NCBI GenBank assembly: GCA_964187785.1
Contig: OZ076409.1
Coordinates: forward strand, 19,594,001 to 19,658,000
From: Amphiscolops sp. MND2022
Taxonomy: Eukaryota
Reading direction: 5' to 3'
Length of the DNA: 64,000 nucleotides
Shown here: piece by piece, positions 36,576 to 50,135 of the stretch
How the letters are laid out: each line of letters begins with the position of its first letter
How positions within the stretch are numbered: position 1 is the first letter of the stretch
The notes under the pieces: model-generated
Told to the model about the DNA's origin: nothing
The model's database searches: none
What the model saw: only the letters and a program-made list of their open reading frames with translations
Translations under genes and position numbers: made by a program

Positions 36576-37705
36576 GCAATATCTAGAGAAATATTTAGTG
36601 CTTTGGTTCAAAATGAAACAAGATGTATGAAAAATCTCAAATTTTCATTTTTCGTCTCATCTTTCATTTTCTCATTTTTCTTAGTTCATTGGCTATAGTT
36701 TATAAGGCTATGGCTTATAAGCTTGCGCCCTAAGACTTTGTTGTTAGACGATAGTACCGTGCGGAAAATATCCGAATGAAAAGAAATTATTCAGTAAAAC
36801 AAGAGTTCAAAAGAATTGTCTCTATATTTCATATGGTTACGTTAGCAATGATTTGAGTAAGAGTCGAAACCGTAACAATCAACCTGACAAGATTTCTAGA
36901 GGACTTATTCTGGGAAAGCTCTAATTTCATCAGCAATTATTGATACAATATACCTAAGATTTAAAGCTCAAACTGCAAGAAATATGTTGCCACTGAAATG
37001 TATATTTGGGAAAACAAGCTGAACAGGCAAAACAGGCATCGTTGAAGTATATTTACTTTCAGATGGTATAAAATAACGAGCATTTTGTTGTGCTTTGAAT
37101 ATTTTATGATGTCGCCTTCCGACCGCGCAAACAAGAGCTTTTCTGTGCGTGATTGAGAGGGAAAGTAGCTTGAACAGTTTATGGAAAGATGGGTACTGTT
37201 GTGCTTAATTCTGTGATGTCGAACGTTTGCGCACTATTAAGCCGATACATATCGATCTGTTTAGCAGTACTGCTAATGTATCAGTTAATTGCTCAATACC
37301 ACATAATATAACTCTAAGAGAGGTACGTAAAGTAGAAATAAGCTTCCTCCTACGGTTGTACACAAGGGAACTCCAGACTTCTTCTACTGATGCGTCCTGG
37401 GACACAATACCGTGATGAATTACCTTCATTAGAACTGCACGAGGTAATTTCCTCAAAGGGTATCATTACTGAATCCCCTGTCATATCTATTCTTCCCATA
37501 TTTCGACCAAGATAATTCCTAGCTTACCCCTTGCCATAAAAGGAAGCGCTTAGTCGTCGACTATGTACAAAATTTGGGCAGGCATCAAACTCAAGTACAG
37601 ACAATATAAACTGTGCACTGCAGTTCTATGATGCAGCAGCCATCATTTACCGCAAATTTCGTTACACAAGTCAATTCCCCCTTCTCTCCGTTTGTTAAAT
37701 TCACC

Positions 37706-38075
37706 GCTCAAGGGTCTTCTTGCTCCGAGGGAGAGAAAGGTAAGCAATTGAGGATTCATCTTCCAATCGTTAATCCAATAAATTGATACGCAAAACCTAC
37801 GTCACGGGTACATTGTACTTCGTAGTCACTTGGGGGTTGGGGTGCGGAGGTACGGGTGTAAGGGTTGCGAAAGACAAGGGCAAAGAAGCAAGTAAGCCTT
37901 TGTCATTGTCTTTTGGATTCTTTATTGCGTGGTGGTAAAGGAATATAAATTACGTCATACAGAAGAAACAAAATGGCATAATTCTTTACCGGTCATTACA
38001 CATGATGTATGCATCTTTGATTTTCCCGCATACCATCTTATCCGAATATCCAACCTAAATTTCAATTAGGTACGT
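37706..38075. repeat. Dispersed repeat, second copy at ~45211-45572
   Basis: Both share ctcaagggtcttcttgct..gagggagagaaaggtaagcaattgag through ggtacgt. Confidence 0.8.
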
Positions 38076-38606
38076 TAAATTATGGCTTCTTTCGAAAAAT
38101 TGAAATTTGCTTCCGTCTCTGTTGAAACTATACGAGCAACTTGCTTGTAGTCGATTGATTCAGCTTTCAAGTGTGAAGGACCCCAGGTATTCCTAATTTG
38201 CAGCAGTGTCTAAAATTTGTCAGGCTTCTAATTTTTCTGACAAAAGAGTCTACTTCTTCCCATTATTTGATAGAGAATTCCAGCCATGCTTTTTGACAGG
38301 TCATTAGTCTATGGATGCGTTTCTTCAGGACCGTGAGTGTCAAAATTGAATTTGCGTACTAGACTGCTTGAGAATTTTGATAAATCGTGGCCTTCCATGA
38401 AAGAAGCTTTGAACAGCTCCGTCATCCGAGCTTAGAACGCCGGATTGGCAGACGTACACAACGACTAGTGTTGAATGTTCGGATTAATTAAAAATTCTAA
38501 TTTGTCATGTCATTAATAGCAGCTTGCTGAATTAACCAATCACGTTCGTTTTTTCCATTCTCAACTTATTCTGATTTGTTCATTCACATTGTTTTGTCTT
38601 CTCTCT

Positions 38607-38738
38607 GGGGGACCAGGAACAGTATCTAAAGGAATAGTATCTAAAACGATATGATTGGTCAAAACAGCCTCATCCATGTCAGTTTGAGTTATCGGATTGG
38701 TTTAGATATTATTCCCTTAGATACTATTCCTAACACTC
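38607..38738. mobile_element. Small MITE with 8-bp TSD
   Basis: Arms ggaa(c/t)agtatctaaa / ttagatactattcc; TSD ttctctct on both sides. Confidence 0.75.
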
Positions 38739-38995
38739 TTCTCTCTGAATGAGAGTTTGTTCACTCCTTTTCTTGGTCTAGCACAAAAACGAGATTGAAT
38801 TCAAATTCTTTAATTCAACTAAAACGATTTGCGATACAACTAGTCTGTCTAGAATCGAATTATCCAGAATCGAAAAGAAGCTGAATTAAATAGTATCGAA
38901 TGTACTTAGGATCGAAGATTATTTAGAGTCACATTTTGATGAATCAAAAGAGATCTTAATTTTCATAGAGTAGAATAATAATCTAGTAATTACCT

Positions 38996-41900
38996 TGTTA
39001 TATTCTACTAATCTAAGGTTAAGAGAGAAGAATATTGTAAAATAGATATCTCTAGTTCTAGACTGTACTGTAGCAAACACAATTGTATATATGTAATAAA
39101 AGTAATTTAATATAGTTTGAGTTTGTTTGTACACAACTCTAGCTGGTATCTGGACAGTAGACAGTCTCTAAGTTTAAAGACAGAATCTCGGTTTGAGGTC
39201 ATGGGAACGGATTGAACCGAATATAACATTTCCCCCTCTATTTTTTTCTCGCACGTTTTCTTTAGTTTCGGCTTGAGGGGCCTGGTGGTGTGGTTTCCTC
39301 CGGGAGGAAATATACTGGTTTCTGAATTGTCTCCGGTTGGGGTGTTCCTTTGTGTCTAGTCCACACGGTACCTGTAATATAAATAATGTATGTTAGACAT
39401 TTAGGTTTCATCCCCCAAAATTTCCAGTGTAGGGTATACTACCGTATCTATTCGGTTTTTTGCTCTCTCGGTTAGATCGTCTTATTTGTGTTTTTAAGTT
39501 CTCACCCGTTATTTCCCTGTCGGTATGTAGCTGCAGTGCATCTTCCGGATTGGTCCGTATTGGCACGTATCTTCCGTCTCTTTCGGATGTGTCGTACACT
39601 GTTGGTGTTCCGGTTTCTTCCGGCATCTCTTCATCGTCTCCGTCATCATCATCATCATCGATGTCACTTTCTGTCCGTTTTTTGTTTTGGACGATTATCA
39701 GTTTACCGTTCAGGATGTCCCGAAGGATTTCGTCTCAACGGTCATACCTCCAGTCCATTCCGCGTAGACAGTGTTGGTTTTTGGGATTAATTTCACGGGT
39801 TGTGCTCAGTGCCGGTTTTTTCTGTCCCTTCTTTCGGTCTGAAACAATGGTCCCGAAAACAGAAAGGCTATCTAACCGAATTTTTCTTTTTGGGCAACTT
39901 CGGTCCATCGGCGAGGTGTTTCTCCTCTGTGTTGGTTTTCGCCATAATAATATGGTTTGTGATGTCCCCGTCCGCATCACGGCCCACATATATGGGAATT
40001 TTTGGTCTGTTTGGTGCTGAAACAGACAGTTCTGACCAATTAGATAAGTATGATTTTGCGTCTTCAACGACATTCGTTAGTTCGGTTCTCGGTTTTCTAC
40101 CGTGGTGTAGTTCGAATGACGTTAATTTTAGTCCAATATGTATTGTGAACCGCATTACGCGTAGTGTTTGGTTCACACTTTCGGTTAGGCTTATGCCATC
40201 TTCCAAATTTGCTATGATTAGGTTCTTTAATGTTTGTATTGCTCTTTCCACTGCTCCGTTACCCGTATGTACTCCGGGAGTGCAGTATTCAAGTTCGATT
40301 TTTCGGTTTCTGCAAAATTCTTGGTAATTTTTGGAAACAAATGCTCCTCCTTTATCGGATTTAATTTTTTCGGGTATTCCGTACAGATTAGAATTACGCG
40401 ATAAAAAGTTTGTGACTTCTTTAGTCTCCGCTGTTTTGCAAATTTTCACGGTCGGCCATTTATTAAGTCTATCTATTGCTTTTAATATTTGTACTTCACC
40501 GTGTATATCTTTGTTTTGTAAATTCCCGGTGAAATCAATTTGTATTTCTTGGCCAGGTTCGGTCAGTTTTCCTAATTTTCCGTAGTGTTTTTTCGATAAT
40601 TGATATTTTAGGTTTTCAACTGATGCGAAATATGCTGTACAGTCTTTCACTTTGTTCTCAATGTCCTGTTTCATTTCGGGCCACAAAAATAAACGTGCTT
40701 CCGATATCATCTTCGTTGTGCCGAAGTGACCGAAATGAAGGATGTCTAGGAGTCTTCGTCTTAGATCTATTGGTATTACAATTTGATCGTCGACAAAGAC
40801 CAATCCCCATCTTACAGACAGCTTGTCGAATACGGTCCGGTAGCCATCCGGGATTGTTTCCCAGTCTTCTATTCGCATACTGTTCCTGACGCGGGTTAGC
40901 CCGGGTCGATTGCTGTTTTGGCGATGAGTGTCTTCAAGTCCATCATGAACTCAAACTCGGCTTCTTGATGTGGTCTTCGGTGATCTTTTTGTTGCTCGTT
41001 AGTTTTCCCACGATGTGGTTAATTTGTATGTAATGCTCCTCCTTCTTTTCTGTGTTATATTTGCTGAGGTCTACTATTGGCAAGTTGTCGCCCCGCATTA
41101 TAACACTATCTTCATCCGTCTCGACAGTCTCTATTTCCAGTTCGCCTTCGTCCCGTAATTCTTCCGGTTCTTCTTGTTCTTCTACTTTTGGTTGGTATCC
41201 GCCGCCCAGTCGATTTGCTCTCCTCATGATTTCCGCGTCAATCTCGGCGATTTCTTCTCTACTTCTTTTATTAGGTCTCGATGGGGCGAATACTGTCCGT
41301 TGTGAATAGTGGCCGTACAGGCGTCGCAGTGTTCCTGGTCGGGATGGCTCGTTTCTCTGCTTTATCAACCGGCGTGTCTCTGAGCTGTTGTTCCGTCTGC
41401 GGATAATTTTCCTAATTTCGCGTCTAGCGCCCCAATGACAAAAGTTTTCACGATCCATTCCGGTACTTTCCGTATTTAACTTTCTATTTTCGGACTGCCC
41501 GGATGTAACTTTCTCGTTTCGTTGGTCTTTGTTCACGCCGTATTTCGAATGTTCTATTCGTTTGTGATTGGTTCGCGCATTTCTAATTTTGTTCTTCGGA
41601 TGTATCATTCTTTGATTCAGTTTTCGCTTTCTCGCGTTTTGAATGGTCGGCGAATATTGGTCCGTGTTTTATGTTCAAATTTGCTTGTTCAGTCAGATGT
41701 TAATGACGTATTCCTCATCGTAAGTTTCTTCCGGTGTGGCTCCCCCTACCGGATGTCTACTAAGGGAGTCGGTAAATTTCAAATTATTGCCTGCAATATG
41801 TTGTATTGATATATCAAAATGAGTTAAACTATTTAACCATCTTGTTAGTCGCGCGCTGTTTTGTTTGTTGCTCCGTTTTCTTTTGAATAATGGTTCCAAT

Positions 41901-43915
41901 GCTTGATGATCGGTAGATAGATATACCTTCTTTCCGTATAAGTAAAATCGGAATATTTCGAGTCTCCACACTACTGCTAATAGTTCTAATTCACCGATAG
42001 AACATTTCTTCTCGGTATCAATCTGGTATCTACTTCCGAATGCTGTCGGTTTTTTGTTTCCGTCGTCTTGTTTTTGCCATAGCGTTATTCCCAGTCCGTA
42101 GTACTAGCGCCTGTTGTTACTATGTTATCTTAGTCTTTTGCATAGTGTGCCAGGCATGGGCCTTCAGTTAGCATTCGCTATTTTTTTCCAAAATATTTGT
42201 TGTTCTTCTCCCCATATTCATGGCTCATTTTTTTCAATAAGCTTCGTAGTCGGTCGGTTTGTTCCGAGAGTTTTGGTAGGAGTTTTGCCATATGTTGTAT
42301 TGCCCCGAGTAATGATTTCAACTCTTCTCCGGTAGTGTTTTCCGGTGGTTTCAATTTCAATATTGCTTCTACTTTTTCTTCGTTCGGTTTAATTCCGTTC
42401 TCATCAATTTCATGTCCCAACCATTTTTTCCCGTTCATGAAAATTTCTGACTTCTTTTTACTTGCTCGATAACCAGCTTTTTCCAGTTTATTCAAATCGT
42501 CATATAGTTACTTCTCATGGTCTTGTCTACTCCCCCGTGTTACTACAATTATGTCGTCCAGCCATGCCGGTGTGCAATATCCGAGTGTTCGGTCGGTTTC
42601 TTGGAATATAGTGGGTATGTCGGCGGCAAATCCGTAGAACCATTTTTGAATCGGCAAAATCCGCTAAATTTTCCCCCGGTTAGTGCAAATGCGCATTGTC
42701 GGCTTGTTTCTTCGGATAACTTCATTTGTCCGTAAGCGTAGTCTAGGTCTATTTTTGATATGAAAAGTTGTACTGTTCGGTCACGGGTAATTTCTATCGA
42801 AATTTGATTCAACAATTCCTCCATATTTGGCCTGTGAGGTCTCTTTTTGATACAGCTATCATTTAGTTTCCTTGAGTCTATTGCTATTTTCACCGATTTG
42901 TCGCTTTTCACTGTTATAACTACTGGTGATACAAAGCATTTTTAGCTACATCTTTTATCTTTTCTAGATGTCCGGGTTTTATCAGTTTTTCTACTTCGCA
43001 TCCCACGTCTTCTTGAAGATGTAGTGGTGTCGGTCTTGCTTTTTGTTTTACCGGATAATGTCCCGGTTTTAATTGAATGTTTATCTCGGTATCTTTTATC
43101 GTTTCATTATTTTCAAATAGGTCCGGAACATTGTTGAATAATTTCTCGTGTTCCGATGGGTTGTTTTCGGCCAATTGTATTTTGCCGATCAATAGTTTGA
43201 ATTTTTTCATCCAGTCCATCCCGAGTAATGGTGTCATGTCTGTTCTTTCGGTTATCAGAAATTCCACTTTTTGCTTGTTATTTTCATATTCAACATTTAC
43301 CGCAATTTTTCCCCTTGAATTTTACTTCATTCTTGTTCACATCTTGGTATCGGTTTGTTATTTTCTGTATTTCGGTTGATTTTGTGATTTTTTCATCCGG
43401 TGGCTTTAGTGATATTGGTGATCCAGTATCTATTATAATTTCTTTCATTACTCCGTTAATCTTTAGCGTTGTGGTGAAGTGTTTGTTTTTTTCATCGATT
43501 TTCTTTATTTCTTTTCTGTAGTGAATGCTATCTTCGGATTGGCTTGATGGTTCGTCCGGTTCGTTCAATTCGTTTTTCGTTAGTCTTTTCACCATTCAGT
43601 TGTTGTTTGTCTTCTGTCTACATACTTTTGCATAGTGTCCTTTCTTACCGCATTTCTTGCAGTTGGCGTCTAGTGCGGGACATTTATGCATTGATGTCCA
43701 ATTTGATGCGTTGCAGAATCTGCATGTTCGGTTTCCGAAGTTTTTATTTTCATGTCTTGTATCGAATTGTTCCATTTCTTGAATTGGTTCTTTCTTTATT
43801 ATGTGTTTCTCTTTCAATAATATCAAAGCTTGTGGTATTGTATTTTTTTGTTTTTCTTCTCATCTGTGTTCTGTTTAAGTAGTTCGATTATCTTCTTCAG
43901 TTCTAGTGTTTTTTC
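38996..43915 (-). mobile_element. Decayed Ty3/gypsy element, 5'-truncated by a HINE; 3' LTR at 38996-39228
   Basis: Fragments CKKCGKKGHYAKVC, IDTGS, DSRKLN, KIDLDYAYGQ, TDHQAL, QIDFTG, SDKGGAF and VERAIQTLK. The LTR has a 10-bp inverted repeat tgttatattc / gaatataaca and a PPT agagggggaaa. Confidence 0.9.
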
Positions 43916-43916
43916 T

Positions 43917-44269
43917 TTCGGCGCCATATCTAAGGCTCAAAAAGACTCGAAAACCACTTTTTCTACAACTGGAGACAACAAAAGCTCTCAAAAAACTAAG
44001 AATTGAGAAAAAAAATTTCCGAATTTTGATTTTTTTTTCGAAGTTTCCGGTAAGTCGCATAGTGCCGAAAATGTAAAAGGGGGGACGCTTTTTCTCATAT
44101 TAGACGCTTTGGATGCGTTGAAAATGAAGTATTAGGTACATATGGTAAAAGTTGGTAAATGTGCATTAATTGGATTAATGCACAAAAAGTGGACGTTACG
44201 CGTTGAACTGACGAAAAAAAACTAGCCACTGTAAGAGTCGGGATTTTCTTCGAAAACGCCGACTAAAAA
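43917..44269 (-). mobile_element. HINE element
   Basis: tcggcgccatatctaaggctc ... agtcgggattttcttcgaaaacgccgactaaaa. Confidence 0.7.
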
Positions 44270-47200
44270 AGGCAGGCGTGTAATTAGTTTCATTGTTACG
44301 GCTTTTGTTCCAATTTCATTAAACTAGGTGTGAAAGTAATACCTAATTAAACTGGTAATGCAATCGTTCGATTCTAAATAAAATTACACAATCATTCAAT
44401 CCTTAATAATGTTGAACCATTTTCGATACTAAATAATTTGATCTCAGAAAGTGATCCCTACACAATGTTACAAAAAGGTTAAAAAGTGTTGATAAATTGG
44501 TCAACAAAACGAATGAGAAGAAATTGATGAGAAGTTCGATTTGACTGTTTCCACGTTCTGGTCTTATAATTGAAAAATAAATGTGGAAAAATTTTTCTTC
44601 AAAAAGTTCCGGTGGAAGAAATGATGAAGTTTAAAGCGGCACGCTTCCGAATGTTTGCAAACATTTACCGAACTCACAATCCGATAATCATGTGCCGCGA
44701 TAAAAATGAGATGGCTTGAAGATTGAACAGGACACCGAAAATTTCCGAAGAGTTTTATCATGACAATGAAACCTATTCTGATGATGAGCTTTTGAGGTTA
44801 ATAAATCCGGTTTGTTTTTATACCCGGTCGAACTATCCAAAATAATTCTACAACGGCCTTTTTTCACGCCTAAGATCTAACGCGTACTCAAACTTAAAAT
44901 TACGATATTTATACATGATCTGCGAAACTATGTCAAACGTAATGGTTCTCCCTTTGCGGTTTAATTTAATTCGGTAGTTAGAATTATTTTGAAAAAAAAT
45001 TTTCTGAAAAGGGTTCCCGTTTTAGTTATTTTTTGATGTTTCATGTTAGAAAAACCCTTTTCAACACCAAAGGGCTCACCTTATGAAAAAAAATTAACCG
45101 AACAGTTACCTTCAATTAAAAATTAGAAGACGAGGGTTACATGCAAAAGGTGATGATTATTTTACGGGTTTTCACTGTTCTTGCAGGAAAATTTTTCTCG
45201 CAGGTTCACCACTCAAGGGTCTTCTTGCTTTGAGGGAGAGAAAGGTAAGCAATTGAGAATTCATCTTCCAACCGTTAATCCAATAAATTAATACCCTGAA
45301 TCTACGTCACGGGTACAATGTACTACGTAATACTTGGGGGGGGGGGGGTGGGGAGGATGAGGGTTGCGGAAAACAAAGGCAAGAAAGCGAGCATGCCTTT
45401 GTCATCGTCTTTTCTGATTCTTTATTGCGTGGTGGTAAAGGAATATAAATTACGTCATACAGAAGAAATAAAAATGACATATTTCTTTACCGGTCATTAC
45501 ACATGATGAATCTTTGATTTTCCCGCATACCACTTTACCCGAATATCCAATCTAAACATCATTCAGGTACGTCAAGTTCACAGCGTTTTGTCGAAAAGTT
45601 TTCATCCGAGTTTACACACAATATTACTTTAAGGTTAAAAATTATTGAGAAATCGGTCAAGAAAACGAATGAGAAGAAATTGATTAGTTCTATTTGACAG
45701 TTTCTATGCGTTAATCTTATAATTGATGTAGAGTAATATCAAACAAATGCAGTGTATTCTATAATATTGTATCATGAAAAATTTGATTCAAAAATCCAAC
45801 AACTTAGGGTTTTCCCCTGTAAACAGTTTTCTTGGTTGTTCAGAAACCTGTGTTTTTATCATGTTTAGGGAAAACTATCATTTCCAAAAATGTTTCCAGG
45901 AAAAGAGAAACTGGCATACTGAAAAATGTTTCAAGCCCAAGCAGTGAGCACAATGAATATGTGTCTCAAAATAAAGCGGTCGGGTTAGAATTGTTTAGAA
46001 TGGTCATTCAACACCCAGCAACTGATTTTTGGAATATCACATTCGGTTTATTCCGGTTCCTGACTTCTATCGAGTTTCGGTTCATAGACTGTCTAGAAAA
46101 CCAGGAGTTGTTTACCAACAACATCAAAATAGACAACCAATTAGAAGATACATTATATACTTTATAGTATCTGAAATACGAAATACAGTCGTACGAGCTA
46201 GAGATATTAATTTATTCATATTCTTTTCTCTTAGAGGCTAGTTTGGTAGAATACAACATGGCACAGTCAGCCAAATTTTAAACAAAAATTTGAAATTCTT
46301 AATAAACAGAACTATGGCAGAGAAAAATACAGTACCGAACCTTGAATACAGTTAAACACCCAGTATTGCTTGCCGAAACACAATACGTAACACAACCCAG
46401 GAGATTTCGTCTAGGCCAAACAATCAAAGGAAGAAACACCCGAAGAATTTTGAAAACGACTGATTGAAATCTCGAAGGAGTGCAATTTCAATACTGTCTC
46501 AGCGGAAAAATATTGATATCAAAATACGTGACCGCAATTAACGAGAAACAACCACAGGACAAAATGATGAATGAACAAACGCTTAGCTGAAGAAAACAAT
46601 TGAACTAAACGAAAAACACGAGAGAAAGAGCTCACACATTTGAACAAAAAGAACTCAATACTAATTTGTACAGGAAGTAATAATCTCAATAAAAGAAAAA
46701 CAGATACCAAAAGAAGAACCGATAGAAAGAATGGAAAAACTTTGAAGACCAAAAATAAAACATTTTGAAACCGATCATGAAGACTTTGCAATGCCCCAAA
46801 ATGGTCTCCAATACAGAAATGCCCGGCACTACAGGCAAAGTGTAGCAAATGCGGAACGAAAGGCCATTTCGCAAAAAGCCTGCAGACAGAATCCTTCAAC
46901 AACTGAACAGCGAAAAGACTAACCGAAGGAGAATTACATTAACCAGACGAATCAACAAGTGAATCAGATGTTAGTATACACCAAATCAAAGATATAAAAC
47001 CATTTGAAGAGAAGAACGAAAACGACACCACAACAGTGAAGATAAACGGGATATTGAAAGACTTCATAATATAAACCGGATCACCAATAACAACAATGTC
47101 ACCAGTCGAAAAATTATGGAAACCACCGGAATACAGAATATAACAAATAGTTATGAAGATGTGAACAAAAATGAAGTAAAGTAAGTTTTGGGGGAAAATA

Positions 47201-47469
47201 CCGGTTGATGTGGAATATGACATCAACAAACAAAAAAGTGTAACGACAAACAAAAGTACTAAATACTGAAAGAAGAGACATAACACCATTTCTTAGTATG
47301 GATTGGACGAAAACATTCAATCTGACAATCGGAACAAGACGTTTGGCCGAGAACAGCCAATCAGAAAGGGAGAACATCAAAAATTAATTTCTGGACCTAT
47401 TGTGAAACAACGAGACAAAAAATACCGAAATAAACATACAACTGAAACCAGACAATTCTTTGTACATGA

Positions 47470-47931
47470 AAACAAGCCGAGAACTGCCCAGGTCGGCGCC
47501 ATATCTAAGGCTCAAAAATAGCAAAAGGACTTCAAAATGTCAACGTATTGATGAATTGGGGACCCTTTTATGAAATATAATAAAAAAAATCTCACAATGC
47601 CGCAAAAAACTGATAGGGGGCACCCTTGGAATTTTTCAACATCCATTCTGTCGAAAAATATCAAAAAGTTGCACGATTGACACTTTGAAAAAATGAGTCT
47701 CACGGTGAAATTGAGTCTCACAGAGCCGAAAATACTCTAGAGACTACCCTCTGGCCCCGTTGAGTAGATGATGTAAAAAGACTTCGTAAGCTAAGTAAGA
47801 ATTTTAAAAATTGTAAGATTGTAAGAATTGTAAGAAAAGTGGACCATTCAGAATGAGATTGTAGGCTGAAAAAAACTACCCACTGTAATAGTCGTGCTAT
47901 TTTCCTTAAAGCAGGAGGATCCGACTAAAAA
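47470..47931 (-). mobile_element. HINE inserted into an A-run inside the decayed pol
   Basis: Both termini are present; the flanks rejoin as pol-like sequence; no TSD. Confidence 0.75.
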
Positions 47932-48606
47932 CCGGTCAATATCACTACACCTACTAGAAGATGTGGAGAGTGAACTAATGAAGCTAATAAAATCAGGGCA
48001 CCTAGAGAAATTGAGAGATGTCGACGAAGATGGCTTTATGGGACCGATGATTAGCACGATAAAAATGATAAATCAGTGAAAATAGCACTCGACTCCAGAC
48101 AACTAAACGACAGCTGCATCAAAATGATACCCGACATGCCAAATATGGAGAAACTGCTAATCAAGTTTCAATAGAAATAACTCGCGACCGAACAACTCAG
48201 TTATTTATTTGAAAGTTTGATTTGGATTACGCATACGGACAAATGATTTTATCAGACAAAATCCAACCAACAATGTGTATTTGCTGTAACCGGTGGAAAA
48301 CTTTACTGTTGCTATAGATTCAAAAGGTCTTCGGACTTGCCGAAACATAAACAACAAATCGACTGAACACTCGGATACTGTATTGCAGCCTGAGAAGACG
48401 ACATAAGTGTCGTAATCCGCAGAATTAGACAAAAACACGAAAAAAATTGTTTGATGTTCTAGATACCTCACAAAAAAACAGATACCTGAAGAAAATGACG
48501 ATGAAGAAAACGTAACCAATATACTTACCGAGCAAGCCGAATTGAATCTAAAATACCAAATATTATTCGCTGACGAATCAGAACGCAAGAAAACCATAAT
48601 TGAAAG

Positions 48607-50135
48607 AAACCACAATGATTCCAAAAACAAAATTGAGCACCCGATAGACAAATAACAATTGAATGGAAAGTTCGAAAACAAAAACAACGTGAACGGAAGC
48701 CAACGAAATGAAACAACATCCGGGCTGTTCGATATTAGCACTCTTATGGAAGTTAGGCAACTGTCAATACAAAACCATTACACTAAAAATGACTTGGAAA
48801 ATTCGTACCATTAAGGAGCCAGCTGAGAAATAATTGATAATATCAGTCCAGAGATGAAAAACTTGTGTTATCCCGACCTGGAACACTGCGACGCTGGATC
48901 GATCTTCAGACACAATGCACGGTGTTTCCCCCGTCACGAGCCAAAAACAGAGCAGGGAAAAGGTTGTCGATAATGATGCAGAGGAGATAAGGCGAGCCAA
49001 TCGACTGGGTGGCGGCTACCAGCTAATAATACAAAAAAAGAACAACTCGATGAAGTACCAGAGGAAGGAGAGGGCGAGCAGGAGGCACCCGAATTGAAAG
49101 AAGACAGTGTGATAATGTGGGCAACAATCTACCAATCGTAGGTAAACACAAAACGGTTGAAAGAGAGGCACACTACTTCCAGAAAAACCACATTTTCGGA
49201 AAACTTAGCGCAAGCAAAAAGATGATCGAGGACCACATCAAAAAGGCCGAGTTCGAGTTCATTAGTGACTTGAAAACTTCATTTTCAAAAACCGCTGTCG
49301 ACCCGGAACTAACTTGGGTTAGGAATAGTATGCGCCGAGAAGACCGAAAGACACTTCCGGATGGCCACCAAACCACAATGATTCCAAAAACAAAATTGAG
49401 GAGCACCCGATAGACAAATAACAATTGAATGGAAAGTTCGGAAACAAAAACAACGTGAACGGAAGCCAACGAAATGAAACAACATCCGGGCTGTTCGATA
49501 TTAGCACTCTTATGGAAGTTAGGCAACTGTCAATACGAAACCATTACACTAAAAATGACTTGGAAAATTCGTACCATTAAGGAGCCAGCTGAGAAATAAT
49601 TGATAATATCAGTCCAGAGATGAAAAACTTGTGTTATCCCGACCTGGAACACTGCGACGCTGGATCGATCTTCAGACACAATGCACGGTGTTTCCCCCGT
49701 CACGAGCCAAAAACAGAGCAGGGAAAAGGTTGTCGATAATGATGCAGAGGAGATAAGGCGAGCCAATCGACTGGGTGGCGGCTACCAGCTAATAATACAA
49801 AAAAAGAACAACTCGATGAAGTACCAGAGGAAGGAGAGGGCGAGCAGGAGGCACCCGAATTGAAAGAAGACAGTGTGATAATGTGGGCAACAATCTACCA
49901 ATCGTAGGTAAACACAAAACGGTTGAAAGAGAGGCACACTACTTCCAGAAAAACCACATTTTCGGAAAACTTAGCGCAAGCAAAAAGATGATCGAGGACC
50001 ACATCAAAAAGGCCGAGTTCGAGTTCATTAGTGACTTGAAAACTTCATTTTCAAAAACCGCTGTCGACCCGGAACTAACTTGGGTTAGGAATAGTATGCG
50101 CCGAGAAGACCGAAAGACACTTCCGGATGGCCACC
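48607..50135. repeat. ~765-bp near-identical tandem duplication
   Basis: 48607-49369 matches 49370-50135; ORFs are duplicated at a 766-bp offset. Confidence 0.92.
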
